DNA of 64,000 nt from Acidimicrobiia bacterium (GTDB lineage Bacteria; Actinomycetota; Acidimicrobiia; Spongiisociales; SHLN01), in NCBI GenBank assembly GCA_041567895.1, contig JBFGAX010000005.1:1818-65817 (forward strand), given 5' to 3'. Each line of letters opens with the position of its first letter. The first letter of the stretch is position 1. The notes below the pieces were generated by a model, which saw nothing but the letters and a program-made list of their open reading frames with translations, was not told the DNA's origin and made no database searches. The translations under genes were made by a program, and so were the position numbers. Of the stretch, positions 47,191 through 57,270 are shown one piece after another.

Positions 47191-49302
47191 GTGAAGAAGA
47201 TTCTGCTTCCAACGCTGGCCTTGCTGCTCTCACTTGCCCCGGCCATCGCCTCGGCCGACGGAATCATTCGGGAGCCGTATCTTCAGCTCGGTGACGCTCC
47301 TCTCAGCGGTTATCCCGGCGCTGAGACCGACCGGATTCAAGTGATGTGGCAGAGCTCAGATCCAGACGCGAGCCAATTCGATGCGTACTTCCGCAAATCC
47401 GGCGAATTGTTCTGGACCCCGGTACCGGACATCGAGCGCGAGGAAGTTGCTTGGGAGCGGTTCAACTTTTTCGTGACTCTCGATCAGCTGTTGTACGACA
47501 CCACCTATGACTATCGGATCGATACAGCTGGCCAGACCTTCCAAGCTTCGTTCAGGACCCGACTGGATCCCACTGACCTATCACCTTTCACCTTCGCAGC
47601 GTACGGCGATTCACTCCATCCGGATCATGCCGATGATTTTGATGACGTGGTTGCCGAGATCAACCGCACCAATGCCGATTTCGCTGTCCTGCTCGGAGAC
47701 AACGCCTACGACCATGGGACGCATCGTGACTTCGACACTCGCTTCGATCCGACTGTGTCACCCGCTGCAGTTGAGTGGATGCGTGACCACGTCGACTACG
47801 CCGCCGTAGGGAACCACGAAATGGATTCCGACAAAGGACGCCCGTTTCGATCGACGTATGCGAATCCGATACCGAAAGCAGGTGTCAACGCTCCTGCAGA
47901 ACCATCAGCGGATTTTTACCCCGAACACAATTTCTCCTTCGACTACGGCATGGCTCACTTCACATTCATCGATTCGAACGAGAAGGAACGTGTCGACCAG
48001 CTTGCTGAGTGGGCAGATGCCGACATCGCCGCCAACGACTCCCGGTGGAACATCGTCATTGCGCATCATCCCGTCGGCGGGGCTCCCGACAAGGACGTTA
48101 CGCCCTCGGATGAGTACTACCAGGCACTGATGCCGGTTCTCGCCGAACACGGGGTCGACCTCTTCATGGTCGGCCACTCACACAGCTTCTCCTGGACCCT
48201 TCCACTCACGGGGTACGCAGATGGAAATGCAACCTTCGTACATGACGATGACGGCGAGTACTCCAAAGGTGCAGGGGTCGTGCAGCTGATATCGGGCGTT
48301 GGCGGACACGACATACGTGATGTCTCCGAGTCCGACTGGCCGCAACCATGGGTTGCAGCCGGATATGCCCGCGACACCGACCCTCGAGCTGTGTACGGTT
48401 TTGCGCTCGTTGACGTGAGCTGGAATGAACTCGTCGTCGAATACAGGACCGGTGATGGGGAAACCCTCGACGAGTTTTCGATTGTGGCTGATGACCCGAT
48501 GCCGGACCCTGAACCTCTCCCCGATCCGGATCCCGATCCGGAGCCTGAACCCATCCCGGATCCGCCGATTCCGATCCCCGACCCGCCACAACCCGAACCG
48601 GATCCTTCACCGGCGCCTTTTGTTCGCCCGGACCTCGGTCTCGTCAATGTGACGTCCGGAGCGTGGACGATGCTCCGTGGAGATTCGTCCATCGATCGAT
48701 TCTTCTTCGGCGAACCGGGGGACCTCCCGGTGTACGGCGACTGGGATTGCGACGGGATCTCGACCGCTGGGATGTACAGGCCATCGACGGGCTTCGTGTA
48801 TCTTCGTGACGAAGACTCAACCGGGTCGGCTGACCTCGAGTACTTTTTCGGGCTGTCGGGGGACATTCCGATAGCAGGTGATTTCGACGGCGACGGCTGC
48901 GACACGGTGTCCATCTATCGCCCCACTACGGGCACTGTCTACATCTCCAACGTGCTGAGAACGTCGATTGCAGGCATGACGTACACGTTCGGGGAACCGT
49001 CGGATCATCCCTTCACGGGAGATTGGGATGGCGATGGCGTCGACACCATGGGTCTCTATCGCGAACGAACAGGTCGCACATATCTCACCAATCGCCATGC
49101 AAGCGGGCCGGCAGAAGTCGAGTTCTACTTCGGCCTCCCGTCCGACTCCATCATCGCCGGAGACTGGGACGGCGACGGAGATGACACCGTTGGAGTATTC
49201 CGGGCATCTGTAGAACAGTTCTATCTGAGCAACCAGAACGAACACGGTCCGGCCGATGCACGTGTGCCCGCGCACGGAGAAGGATTACCGATATCCGGCT
49301 GA
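47191..49302 (+). CDS. Secreted purple acid phosphatase-like metallophosphoesterase 1 (FN3-like, catalytic domain, Pro linker, GDWDGDG repeats)
   Basis: Signal peptide from GTG 47191; YGDS, GDNAY, GNHE, AHHP, GHSH; four C-terminal repeats. Confidence 0.88.
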   Translation: MKKILLPTLALLLSLAPAIASADGIIREPYLQLGDAPLSGYPGAETDRIQVMWQSSDPDASQFDAYFRKSGELFWTPVPDIEREEVAWERFNFFVTLDQLLYDTTYDYRIDTAGQTFQASFRTRLDPTDLSPFTFAAYGDSLHPDHADDFDDVVAEINRTNADFAVLLGDNAYDHGTHRDFDTRFDPTVSPAAVEWMRDHVDYAAVGNHEMDSDKGRPFRSTYANPIPKAGVNAPAEPSADFYPEHNFSFDYGMAHFTFIDSNEKERVDQLAEWADADIAANDSRWNIVIAHHPVGGAPDKDVTPSDEYYQALMPVLAEHGVDLFMVGHSHSFSWTLPLTGYADGNATFVHDDDGEYSKGAGVVQLISGVGGHDIRDVSESDWPQPWVAAGYARDTDPRAVYGFALVDVSWNELVVEYRTGDGETLDEFSIVADDPMPDPEPLPDPDPDPEPEPIPDPPIPIPDPPQPEPDPSPAPFVRPDLGLVNVTSGAWTMLRGDSSIDRFFFGEPGDLPVYGDWDCDGISTAGMYRPSTGFVYLRDEDSTGSADLEYFFGLSGDIPIAGDFDGDGCDTVSIYRPTTGTVYISNVLRTSIAGMTYTFGEPSDHPFTGDWDGDGVDTMGLYRERTGRTYLTNRHASGPAEVEFYFGLPSDSIIAGDWDGDGDDTVGVFRASVEQFYLSNQNEHGPADARVPAHGEGLPISG
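48490..48620 (+). repeat. Pro/Asp/Glu low-complexity linker
   Basis: DPMPDPEPLPDPDPDPEPEPIPDPPIPIPDPPQPEPDP. Confidence 0.8.
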
Positions 49303-49352
49303 GCTCTCGAATCAGCCCAACATATCCCTGCGAAAAACTCGAACACGCTCCG

Positions 49353-49361
49353 TGGTATAGT
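49353..49361 (+). promoter_or_regulatory. Extended -10 element upstream of phosphatase 2
   Basis: TG-G-TATAGT in the intergenic region. Confidence 0.35.
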
Positions 49362-49496
49362 TGCACCAAGTGGGACGGGCAGGCACCTGCAACGCAGAAG
49401 CCGGGAGCAACATTGGCGGGCGAGGGATTCTTTCGAGGCTTTGAAGAGAATTCCATCGCGCGTCCACACCCACCGTCTCGTGGAGTACGCCCCACC

Positions 49497-51506
49497 GTGG
49501 GGTTCCCGAGAAACCGACTTGGCATTCTTTTGCTTGCGCTCTTGCTCGGATCTGCCGCCGGGGGTGCATCGGCCAACGAACACCCCTTGATCCGTGAGCC
49601 GTATCTCCAGCTCGGGAATGCGCCTCTCGTGGGTTATGCGGGTTCACACACGGACCAGGTCGAAGTCACGTGGCAATCCAACGGAACCTCGTCAGGACCG
49701 ATTTCCTTCCACTACCGACGGGCCGACTCTGATGTGTGGATCCAACTGAGCCATATCCGTGTCGCTGAACTCGCCGAGGGACGCGTCAACCACTCGGTGG
49801 TTCTCGAGGGCCTGGATTTCGATACACGATACGAATATCGGGTCGAGCATGGATCTTCGGTTTACACCGCCGACTTTCGAACCCGGCTCGCCGCCGGGTC
49901 ACCCAAGCCTTTCGTGTTCGCGGCGTATGGAGACTCAACCGATCCCCGGTCCATCGAGCTGTTCAACCAGGTCCAGTCGGCGATCAATCAATCGGGAGCA
50001 TCGTTTGCGGTACTCCTCGGCGACAACGCCTATCCCGACGGAACGCATGCCGACTACGACAACCGCTTCCGGCGTGAGACGGTGCCCGAAGCCCTGGTCT
50101 GGAACCGATCGCAGATTGACTACGCGGCAGTTGGGAATCACGACGTTGATCTCGACGGCGGCCTCGGATTCAGATCAACGTTTTCGAACCCGATTCCCAT
50201 CGCGGGCAAAACAGCACCGGCCACGCCTCCTCCTGCTTTTCCGACCGAGCACAATTACTCGTTCGACTATGGCATGGCTCATTTCACTGTCATCGACTCC
50301 AATACAAAGTCGCTCACCAAGGATCTTGCTAGATGGGCGGCTGCCGATCTCACCGCCTCCCACAATCGCTGGAAGATCGTGGTTCTACATCATCCGGTAA
50401 CGGGCGCCCCCGACCGCATCGCCACGGTGACCGACTACTACAAGGAACTGATACCGACACTGGTTGAACAGGAAGTTGACCTGCTGCTGGCGGGCCACTC
50501 GCACAGCTATGGATGGACGTATCCGATGACCGGCTTCTCGGGCGATCAGCCGACCTTTGTCCTCGATACCGATCGCCGCTACGAAGAAAACGCAGGGGTG
50601 GTTCAGGTGATCTCCGGGGTCGGAGGGACAGACGTTCGCAACTTCGCACGACCGGGTTGGCCCCACCCGGTAGTAGCCGCCGGATTTGCCAGTGACCCAA
50701 GCGGGAAAGCAGAAACCGGATTCTCCCGGGTGAGCGTCTCGAAAGAGGAGCTGAAAGTCGAGTACATAGCCGCAGATGGCGATGTGATCGACTCGTTCTC
50801 GATCATCGCCGAACCGGAGCCGGATATCGCCGCCAGGTTGGGGTTGGCCAATCCCGCCACAGGCGAATGGGTGCTCAGATACCCGGACGGTTCTATCGAC
50901 CGCTTCTATTTCGGCAATCCCGCGGACAAACCGCTCTACGGTGATTGGGATTGTGATGGAACCTCCACGCCAGGAATGTATCGAGAATCGAACGGCTTCG
51001 TATACCTCAAGAACGACAACACCACAGGCCCTGCCGACGTCGACTTCTTTTTTGGCATGGATGGCGACATTCCGATCGCCGGTGACTGGAATGGAGACGG
51101 CTGCGACACGATATCCATCTACCGCCAAACGCTGGGTGCCGTGTTCATCTCAAACGTGCTGCGCACAGCCACTGCCGAAACCGACTACTTCTTCGGCAAC
51201 CCACAGGATCGACCGTTCTCAGGCGACTTCGACGGCGACGGCATCGACACCGTCGGTCTTTATCGGGAAACATCAGGTCTCGCCTACTTGCGTAATGAAC
51301 ACACCACCGGGCCAGCCGACATCGAGTTCTTCTATGGCGTGGCGAACGATGCAATCATCGCCGCCGACTGGAACAGCGACGGGCGGGACACGGTCGGTAT
51401 TTTTCGCCAAACCGCGCGTCGCTTCTACCTCAGCAATCGAAACCAGCAGGGGAACGCCGATCTGGAGCTGCGTGGTTTCGGATCGGGCCACGCTGTCGCC
51501 GACTGA
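49497..51506 (+). CDS. Secreted purple acid phosphatase-like metallophosphoesterase 2 (tandem paralogue)
   Basis: IREPYLQLG, YGDS, GDNAY, GNHD, HHP, GHSH; four C-terminal repeats; start uncertain (49413 or 49497). Confidence 0.88.
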   Translation: MGFPRNRLGILLLALLLGSAAGGASANEHPLIREPYLQLGNAPLVGYAGSHTDQVEVTWQSNGTSSGPISFHYRRADSDVWIQLSHIRVAELAEGRVNHSVVLEGLDFDTRYEYRVEHGSSVYTADFRTRLAAGSPKPFVFAAYGDSTDPRSIELFNQVQSAINQSGASFAVLLGDNAYPDGTHADYDNRFRRETVPEALVWNRSQIDYAAVGNHDVDLDGGLGFRSTFSNPIPIAGKTAPATPPPAFPTEHNYSFDYGMAHFTVIDSNTKSLTKDLARWAAADLTASHNRWKIVVLHHPVTGAPDRIATVTDYYKELIPTLVEQEVDLLLAGHSHSYGWTYPMTGFSGDQPTFVLDTDRRYEENAGVVQVISGVGGTDVRNFARPGWPHPVVAAGFASDPSGKAETGFSRVSVSKEELKVEYIAADGDVIDSFSIIAEPEPDIAARLGLANPATGEWVLRYPDGSIDRFYFGNPADKPLYGDWDCDGTSTPGMYRESNGFVYLKNDNTTGPADVDFFFGMDGDIPIAGDWNGDGCDTISIYRQTLGAVFISNVLRTATAETDYFFGNPQDRPFSGDFDGDGIDTVGLYRETSGLAYLRNEHTTGPADIEFFYGVANDAIIAADWNSDGRDTVGIFRQTARRFYLSNRNQQGNADLELRGFGSGHAVAD

Positions 51507-51582
51507 TCTCATACGAGCTCGGCGACGACACGATCGAATCAGACGACTCCAGAATGCCCATCGCGGTGCTGCGCGAGTTGCA

Positions 51583-52020
51583 TCACATCGCCGACGTCGA
51601 TCGCAATTGGTTTTTGATCGTCGCGATGATGGCCGCCATGCCTCTGAGGCGGAGCTGGCTGACGACGTCGACGAGTCCCATGTCCATGTAGAACAAATCC
51701 GGAACCTCGAGAATCTCATTTGCCGTGGCACCGCTCAACCCGTCGGCAAGAAGGCCTGCATATCCGCGCATGGTCGGCGCCTCTTTTGGAACATCGAAAT
51801 AGAGGTGGACGATGCCGTCGTCGCCTATCTCGCTTGTCACGAAGAATGGTGTTTGGCATTCGTGAACCTGCTCGAGCATGCCCGGTTCGGCAAGGTGTGC
51901 GGGGATGTCGGGTAGCCGATCGGAATAGTCGATCAATGCTTGCACTTTGATGTCCCTGGGACTCGACGCAAAGAGGTCCACAAGTTGGGCCAATCTGGCT
52001 GGCAACATCTGTTCCTCCAC
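51583..52020 (-). CDS. sufE: SufE family sulfur acceptor
   Basis: LIDY..RLP, QVHECQTP, EAPTMRGYAG, LRLRGM. Confidence 0.9.
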   Translation of the reverse strand: MEEQMLPARLAQLVDLFASSPRDIKVQALIDYSDRLPDIPAHLAEPGMLEQVHECQTPFFVTSEIGDDGIVHLYFDVPKEAPTMRGYAGLLADGLSGATANEILEVPDLFYMDMGLVDVVSQLRLRGMAAIIATIKNQLRSTSAM

Positions 52021-52086
52021 TAATCGGCGACCGGTTGTTCCTCGGCTGCGTAGTGTAAAAAGCTAGCGAGTTATGGAGACAGTGCC

Positions 52087-52986
52087 ATGTCCAAGGTGCC
52101 ACACGACACATCAGACCGTTTCAGCAAGTACGCCAATCCAAACATGCTCGTGAGCACGTCATGGTTGGCTGAGCACCTCGACGACGAAGATCTCGTTGTT
52201 GTGGAATCAGACGAAGACGTATTGCTCTACGACACCGGTCATATTCCGGGCGCAGTCAAAATCGACTGGCATACGGATTTGCAGGATCCGGTGGCTCGTG
52301 ATTACCTGGATGGAGAAGCCTTCGCCGAGCTCATGGCCTCACGCGGAATCGCTCGCGACTCGACCATCGTGTTCTATGGAGACAATTTCAACTGGTGGGC
52401 CGCCTACGCGCTCTGGGTATTTTCGCTCTTCGGACACCCGGATGTACGACTTCTGGATGGCGGACGCCAGAAGTGGGAAGCAGAAGGTCGCGAACTGACG
52501 CGTGAAGTCGTTGAGCGACCTCGAACCGAATACCCGGTTGTCGAGCGGGTCGATGGCGACATTCGTGCCTTCCGCGATGATGTTCTCGCCCATATCGGCA
52601 CCGATAAGCCGCTCGTCGACGTCCGATCACCCGAAGAGTTCAGCGGCGAACTGCTCCATATGCCGAACTATCCCCAGGAGGGTTCGCTCCGGGGCGGTCA
52701 TATTCCTGGTGCATCCAGCGTGCCATGGAAACGGGCCGCCAACGACGACGGCACGTTCAAAAGTCTCGACGAGCTCAGGGCCATCTACACCGAGGAGCAA
52801 GGCATCGATCCCGACGATGAGGTGATCGCATATTGCCGTATCGGCGAGCGATCAAGCCACACCTGGTTCGTTCTTCACCACCTGCTGGGTTACCCGAACG
52901 TCCGCAACTACGACGGTTCATGGACCGAATGGGGCAACGGAGTCCGGCTTCCGATCGAAAAGCCCGGGTATCCCGTCAGACCGTGA
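52087..52986 (+). CDS. sseA: Tandem-domain thiosulfate sulfurtransferase (SseA-like)
   Basis: [26 protein letters not shown]. Confidence 0.92.
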   Translation: MSKVPHDTSDRFSKYANPNMLVSTSWLAEHLDDEDLVVVESDEDVLLYDTGHIPGAVKIDWHTDLQDPVARDYLDGEAFAELMASRGIARDSTIVFYGDNFNWWAAYALWVFSLFGHPDVRLLDGGRQKWEAEGRELTREVVERPRTEYPVVERVDGDIRAFRDDVLAHIGTDKPLVDVRSPEEFSGELLHMPNYPQEGSLRGGHIPGASSVPWKRAANDDGTFKSLDELRAIYTEEQGIDPDDEVIAYCRIGERSSHTWFVLHHLLGYPNVRNYDGSWTEWGNGVRLPIEKPGYPVRP

Positions 52987-53075
52987 ACGATTAGCCGGAA
53001 TCCGAGCCGATGCGGTGTTGTTCCCCGGATCTCGTCCGACGCCAAAACGGGATTGGATAGAATCGCGGGGCGTAC

Positions 53076-53169
53076 GGAGGGGTCGCATAGTCTGGCCTAG
53101 TGCGCACGCTTGGAAAGCGTGTAAACGGTTAACGCCGTTTCGAGGGTTCGAATCCCTCTCCCTCCGCCA
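53076..53169 (+). tRNA. tRNA-Ser(GGA)
   Basis: Anticodon arm CACGC-TTGGAAA-GCGTG, long variable arm, encoded CCA. Confidence 0.96.
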
Positions 53170-53216
53170 CACGTTCGGTCGACCTTGCCGAGCTGCAGCC
53201 CATTACGCTCGACCGT

Positions 53217-53675
53217 ATGGAGAACTACCGGCACCCGGACGCGATGAGGCGGGCGTTGGAGCTCGCTGCGGCGGCATCGGAGGTTGGCGAAGTACCTGTC
53301 GGTGCCGTTCTTCTGGATGCCGGTGGAGATGTCGTGGCAGAGGATTTCAATCGCACAATCCAGTCGAGCGATCCCACCGCGCACGCCGAGGTCCTCGTTC
53401 TACGCTCAGCCGCTAGGGCGCTCGGAGATTGGCGCCTCACGGGACACACCCTGGTCGTCACGCTCGAACCCTGTGCGATGTGCGCGGGCGCGTCTGTGTG
53501 GGCGCGGCTCGACCACATCGTATACGGAGCCGCCGATCTCAAAGCGGGTGCCGCCTGGAGCCTCTACAACATCCCGCAAGACCCGCGGCTCAATCATCGT
53601 ATCGAGCTGACCGCCGGCGTCATGGCGGAGGAGGCGGCAGCCTTACTCCAGAGGTTCTTTCAGGCTCGGCGTTAG
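53217..53675 (+). CDS. tadA: tRNA adenosine(34) deaminase
   Basis: GEVPVGAV, DPTAHAE, TLEPCAMC, FFQARR. Confidence 0.94.
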   Translation: MENYRHPDAMRRALELAAAASEVGEVPVGAVLLDAGGDVVAEDFNRTIQSSDPTAHAEVLVLRSAARALGDWRLTGHTLVVTLEPCAMCAGASVWARLDHIVYGAADLKAGAAWSLYNIPQDPRLNHRIELTAGVMAEEAAALLQRFFQARR

Positions 53676-53695
53676 CAGCGATTACTATTCCGGCT

Positions 53696-53801
53696 CCCCG
53701 CCGGAGAGCCTGTACGGCGGTGTGCTCGCGAACCGGGTCAGGTCCTAACGGAAGCAGCCCTAAGTGTGTCACGCCGGGTGTACGGATCCTCGAAGGCGGG
53801 G
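53696..53801 (+). ncRNA. ffs: Signal recognition particle RNA (4.5S)
   Basis: Domain IV GAACCGGGTCAGGTCC-TAAC-GGAAGCAGCCCTAAG; ends CCCCGCC/GGCGGGG pair, followed by TTTT; lies downstream of tadA. Confidence 0.9.
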
Positions 53802-53844
53802 TTTTAAACATCATCACCGCCAAACGTGACGTATCGTTCACGAC

Positions 53845-54798
53845 GTGCATCGCAGCCGAATGGCCGGCCTGGTGTTGCTCATCACCCCGGTTGCCCTTCT
53901 CGGGTGCGACGGGGATTTGAGCACACTGCCGATCGAAACTTCATCCACATCACTCGTCAGTACCTCGATTACGTCATCCAGCACGTCCTCAACAACCTCA
54001 ACCACCATCCCGGCACCAGTGACCACTACCACGCTGTTTCCCACGGCGGCCGACAACGCCCGAGACCTCGGCGTTCAGATCCTCGAAGCCGAAACTGCCG
54101 TCCGCTCCGACGCCCCCCTCGAGGAGTTGCTCCCACTGGCAGCCATTCAGCAGCGTGCCTACTCCCGGTTGCACAGCAACCCGGACTGGATGACAGAGGT
54201 CTACGAGATCGTGGGACCAGACCTGATAGCGATTGTGGATCTTCACATGGAAGCCAAGGGCGAACTGGTCGAGTTGACGCCCTCGACCAACACCGACCTA
54301 CCCGCGTGGGACATCATTGCGCCGGCTCCCATAGACGACCTGCTTTCCTTCTATCGCGAAGCAGAGCAGGCGACCGGGACGCCGTGGGAATACCTCGCAG
54401 CGATCAACTTGATCGAAACACGCATGGGAAGAATCCGGGGTTTGAGCTCGGCGAATGCAGCCGGACCGATGCAGTTCATCCCAGAAACGTGGGACCGCTA
54501 CGGCGAAGGCGACGTGTTCGACCCTCACGATTCCATCATGGCCGCCGGGCGGCTGTTGGCAGATTTCGGGGCGCCCGACGACATGGCGGAAGCCCTGTGG
54601 CACTACAACCCGACCGACCGATATGTGAACGCTGTCACCGCCTATGCCCGGATCCTCGAGCTAGAGCCGAGAACCTTCCGGGCGTTTTGGGGATGGCAGG
54701 TGTACTACGCCACAACCGAGGGTGCGGTTCTCCTGCCGGTCGGGTACTCGCAGGATCAACCCATCGATGTGCATGAGTACCTTGCCGCTAACCAGTAG
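53845..54798 (+). CDS. Lytic transglycosylase (SLT domain) lipoprotein
   Basis: Lipobox LLGC, Ser/Thr linker, W..LAAINLIET, SSANAAGPMQF.P.TW, YN. Confidence 0.88.
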   Translation: MHRSRMAGLVLLITPVALLGCDGDLSTLPIETSSTSLVSTSITSSSTSSTTSTTIPAPVTTTTLFPTAADNARDLGVQILEAETAVRSDAPLEELLPLAAIQQRAYSRLHSNPDWMTEVYEIVGPDLIAIVDLHMEAKGELVELTPSTNTDLPAWDIIAPAPIDDLLSFYREAEQATGTPWEYLAAINLIETRMGRIRGLSSANAAGPMQFIPETWDRYGEGDVFDPHDSIMAAGRLLADFGAPDDMAEALWHYNPTDRYVNAVTAYARILELEPRTFRAFWGWQVYYATTEGAVLLPVGYSQDQPIDVHEYLAANQ

Positions 54799-55228
54799 TT
54801 GATTCGGCCCCGGTGTCCAATAGTTTCCCCATCATCGTCCTGGGTTCGACCCGATAGCCGAGGGACTCGTAAAAAGAAACGACCGACTCATCAGCTTCTC
54901 TGATCTGCAGATTCACCTTCTGGCAACCGATCCGGGAAAGGCGCAATTCGGCCTCTCGGACGAGTTGCTGTCCGACCCCAAGGCGCCTGTGCTCCGGCTT
55001 CACGACGAGGCGATTGATCCAACCTCGATGTCCGTCGAAGCCGGCGAGAACCGACCCGGCAATGATCCCATCGATCTCCGCGACCAAGAACAGATCAGGC
55101 GAATCTGCCATTTTTCGATCGATGTCGCCGGCGGGCAAATTGTGGGGAGCCGGCTCCGGCCACGCTTGATCCCACATCTCGATCACCGAGGAACGATCAC
55201 CCGGCTGATAGCTGCGAATGATGACCAT
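54788..55228 (-). CDS. GNAT acetyltransferase (YpeA-like)
   Basis: AGFDGHRGWI, RRLGVG, KVNLQIR, FYESLGY. Confidence 0.88.
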   Translation of the reverse strand: MVIIRSYQPGDRSSVIEMWDQAWPEPAPHNLPAGDIDRKMADSPDLFLVAEIDGIIAGSVLAGFDGHRGWINRLVVKPEHRRLGVGQQLVREAELRLSRIGCQKVNLQIREADESVVSFYESLGYRVEPRTMMGKLLDTGAESTTG

Positions 55229-55358
55229 GACTAGTCCGCAAGTCCGTCAGGACGATGGATCCTGGGAATCAAACAACGCAGGAGACAGAGTGGCACGATG
55301 ATGCCATGTTCCGTTTGATCTGGCTTGCGTTTCATAACAGTCGCACATTCACCTTCCG

Positions 55359-55988
55359 CTAGGAGGGTTTGCGCAACTCGACTCCATACACGAAACCGAA
55401 TGGACCCATGCGCCAGATTTGATGTACGGGCATCGGGCTATCTGCAAAGAGCACGTCGGGCTGCGGAAGCTTGTCCAACGTCGAGTGCAAATACGAATAC
55501 TCCTCGCGATTGCCAACCGCCAGACCGACCGCATTCAGCGCCACAAACGATCCGAGCCGATGAACCATCCTCAGAACCGCGTTCTCAGGACGACCGAGAT
55601 CAACGATCACTGCAACGCCTCCGGGTCGAAGCACTCGATTGACCTCCTCAAGCGTTTTTGGAACCGAATCGAGATTACGAAAGACGAAAGCCGAAAACAC
55701 ACCGTCAAAGGTTTCGTCTTCGAATGGGAGGGCCTCGCCAGGCGCCACATGCTTGTCAACGGCGCTGTTGATAGCCAGCATTTGTTCACTCGGGTCCACT
55801 GCGGTCACAAGACGTGGCGCCAGCTGTGGGTTGGCCGCGCCTGTCCCGGCACCGAGATCGATGACTTTTCCAATCGGCAATCGTTCAATGCCCCGACGGC
55901 GCCACTTCACATCCTGACCAAATGAGAGCAACGTATTGATACGGTCATAACGGTCGGCGATATCTTTGAAGACGGCTTCGTTGGTCAC
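55359..55988 (-). CDS. UbiE/MenG family SAM-dependent methyltransferase
   Basis: F..IADRYDRIN.LLSFG.D..WR, DLGAGTG, LPFEDETFD, RVLRPGG. Confidence 0.85.
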   Translation of the reverse strand: MTNEAVFKDIADRYDRINTLLSFGQDVKWRRRGIERLPIGKVIDLGAGTGAANPQLAPRLVTAVDPSEQMLAINSAVDKHVAPGEALPFEDETFDGVFSAFVFRNLDSVPKTLEEVNRVLRPGGVAVIVDLGRPENAVLRMVHRLGSFVALNAVGLAVGNREEYSYLHSTLDKLPQPDVLFADSPMPVHQIWRMGPFGFVYGVELRKPS

Positions 55989-57238
55989 CCGGCAAATACC
56001 TCAAAACCGGTGTAGGGAACGAGTGCTTCCGGCACGACAACGGTGCCGTCGGCACGCTGGTTGTTCTCCATGATCGCGATCAGCATCCTGCCTATAGCCA
56101 CCGCAGTTCCGTTCAGCGTGTGAACGAGCTGGTTGCCCTTCTCTCCTTTGAACCTGACCTTCAGGCGCCGCGCTTGATAATCAGTGGTGTTGGAGCACGA
56201 TGTGATCTCACGAAATTTTTGTTGTGCGGGCATCCACGCTTCAACGTCGTACTTCTTGGCTGCCGACGCTCCCAAATCGCCCGTGCACACATTCACCACT
56301 CGATACGGAATTCCAAGTTCCTGGATCAAGGATTCCTCCTGGCTGAAGAGGAATTCGTGTTCTTCCCACGACTTGTCCGGATGACAGAACGAGAACATTT
56401 CGACCTTGTCGAACTGGTGAACCCGCAGAATGCCACGGGTGTCGCGTCCGGCGGCGCCGGCCTCGCGTCGAAAACACGTCGAGAATCCGGCGTATCGCAG
56501 CGGCAGATCCGCCTCCGCAAAAATTTCGTCTGCGTGGTAGGCGGCAAGCGGCACTTCAGACGTACCAACGAGGTAGAGATCGTCTTCGGGAATCTGGTAC
56601 ACCTGGTTGTCGTCGTCGGGAAAGAAGCCGGTCCCGAATAGCGCCTCTTCGCGCACCAGGACCGGAGGCACGACCGGCGTGAATCCGGCCGCCGATAATC
56701 GGTCCAACGCGAACCGCACGAGAGCGAACTCGAGAAAGACCGCATCTCCGAGAAGATATGCGAACCTGGCGCCCGAGACCTTTGCCCCGCGTTCGGTATC
56801 TATGATCCCGGCACCCAGCTCTAGATGATCTTTGGGCTCAAAGGCAATCGATGCGGGGTCGCCAAAGCGGCTTATTTCAACATTGTCTTCTTCCCCATCA
56901 CCCATCGGGACGCTCTCGTGGGGAGGGTTGGGAAGAGGCGCAAAGAGCGCCAGGAATTCGTCGTCCAATGCGTCGGCCTCGGTTGTCAAGGATGAGACTT
57001 CCTCCGACAAATCCGATGCTCGCTGGAGCGCGCTAGCTCGATCGTCTCCTTCCAGCTTGGCGATCTCGCGACCGAGCGACTTTTGCTCGGCACGCTTGTC
57101 CTCGGCAAGGATGCGTGTGGCGCGACGTTCCTCGTCGAGTCGCACGAGAACATCGACGATGGCCTGGTCCATATTCCGTCGAGCCAACGCTTCTTTGAGT
57201 TCGGCAGGGCGCTCCCTGATCCAGCCGATGTCAATCAC
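55985..57238 (-). CDS. serS: Serine--tRNA ligase
   Basis: GTSEVPL, FRREAG, RVHQFDKVE, EITSCSN, HTLNGT. Confidence 0.97.
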   Translation of the reverse strand: MIDIGWIRERPAELKEALARRNMDQAIVDVLVRLDEERRATRILAEDKRAEQKSLGREIAKLEGDDRASALQRASDLSEEVSSLTTEADALDDEFLALFAPLPNPPHESVPMGDGEEDNVEISRFGDPASIAFEPKDHLELGAGIIDTERGAKVSGARFAYLLGDAVFLEFALVRFALDRLSAAGFTPVVPPVLVREEALFGTGFFPDDDNQVYQIPEDDLYLVGTSEVPLAAYHADEIFAEADLPLRYAGFSTCFRREAGAAGRDTRGILRVHQFDKVEMFSFCHPDKSWEEHEFLFSQEESLIQELGIPYRVVNVCTGDLGASAAKKYDVEAWMPAQQKFREITSCSNTTDYQARRLKVRFKGEKGNQLVHTLNGTAVAIGRMLIAIMENNQRADGTVVVPEALVPYTGFEVFAG

Positions 57239-57270
57239 AGGTACTCACCCCGACGATGCTAGACCGGCGT

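Noticed and set aside
55231-55335. 34-codon - strand ORF (MKRKPDQTEHG...) between the methyltransferase and GNAT genes
   Set aside because: It is short with no motif, and I cannot distinguish it from chance
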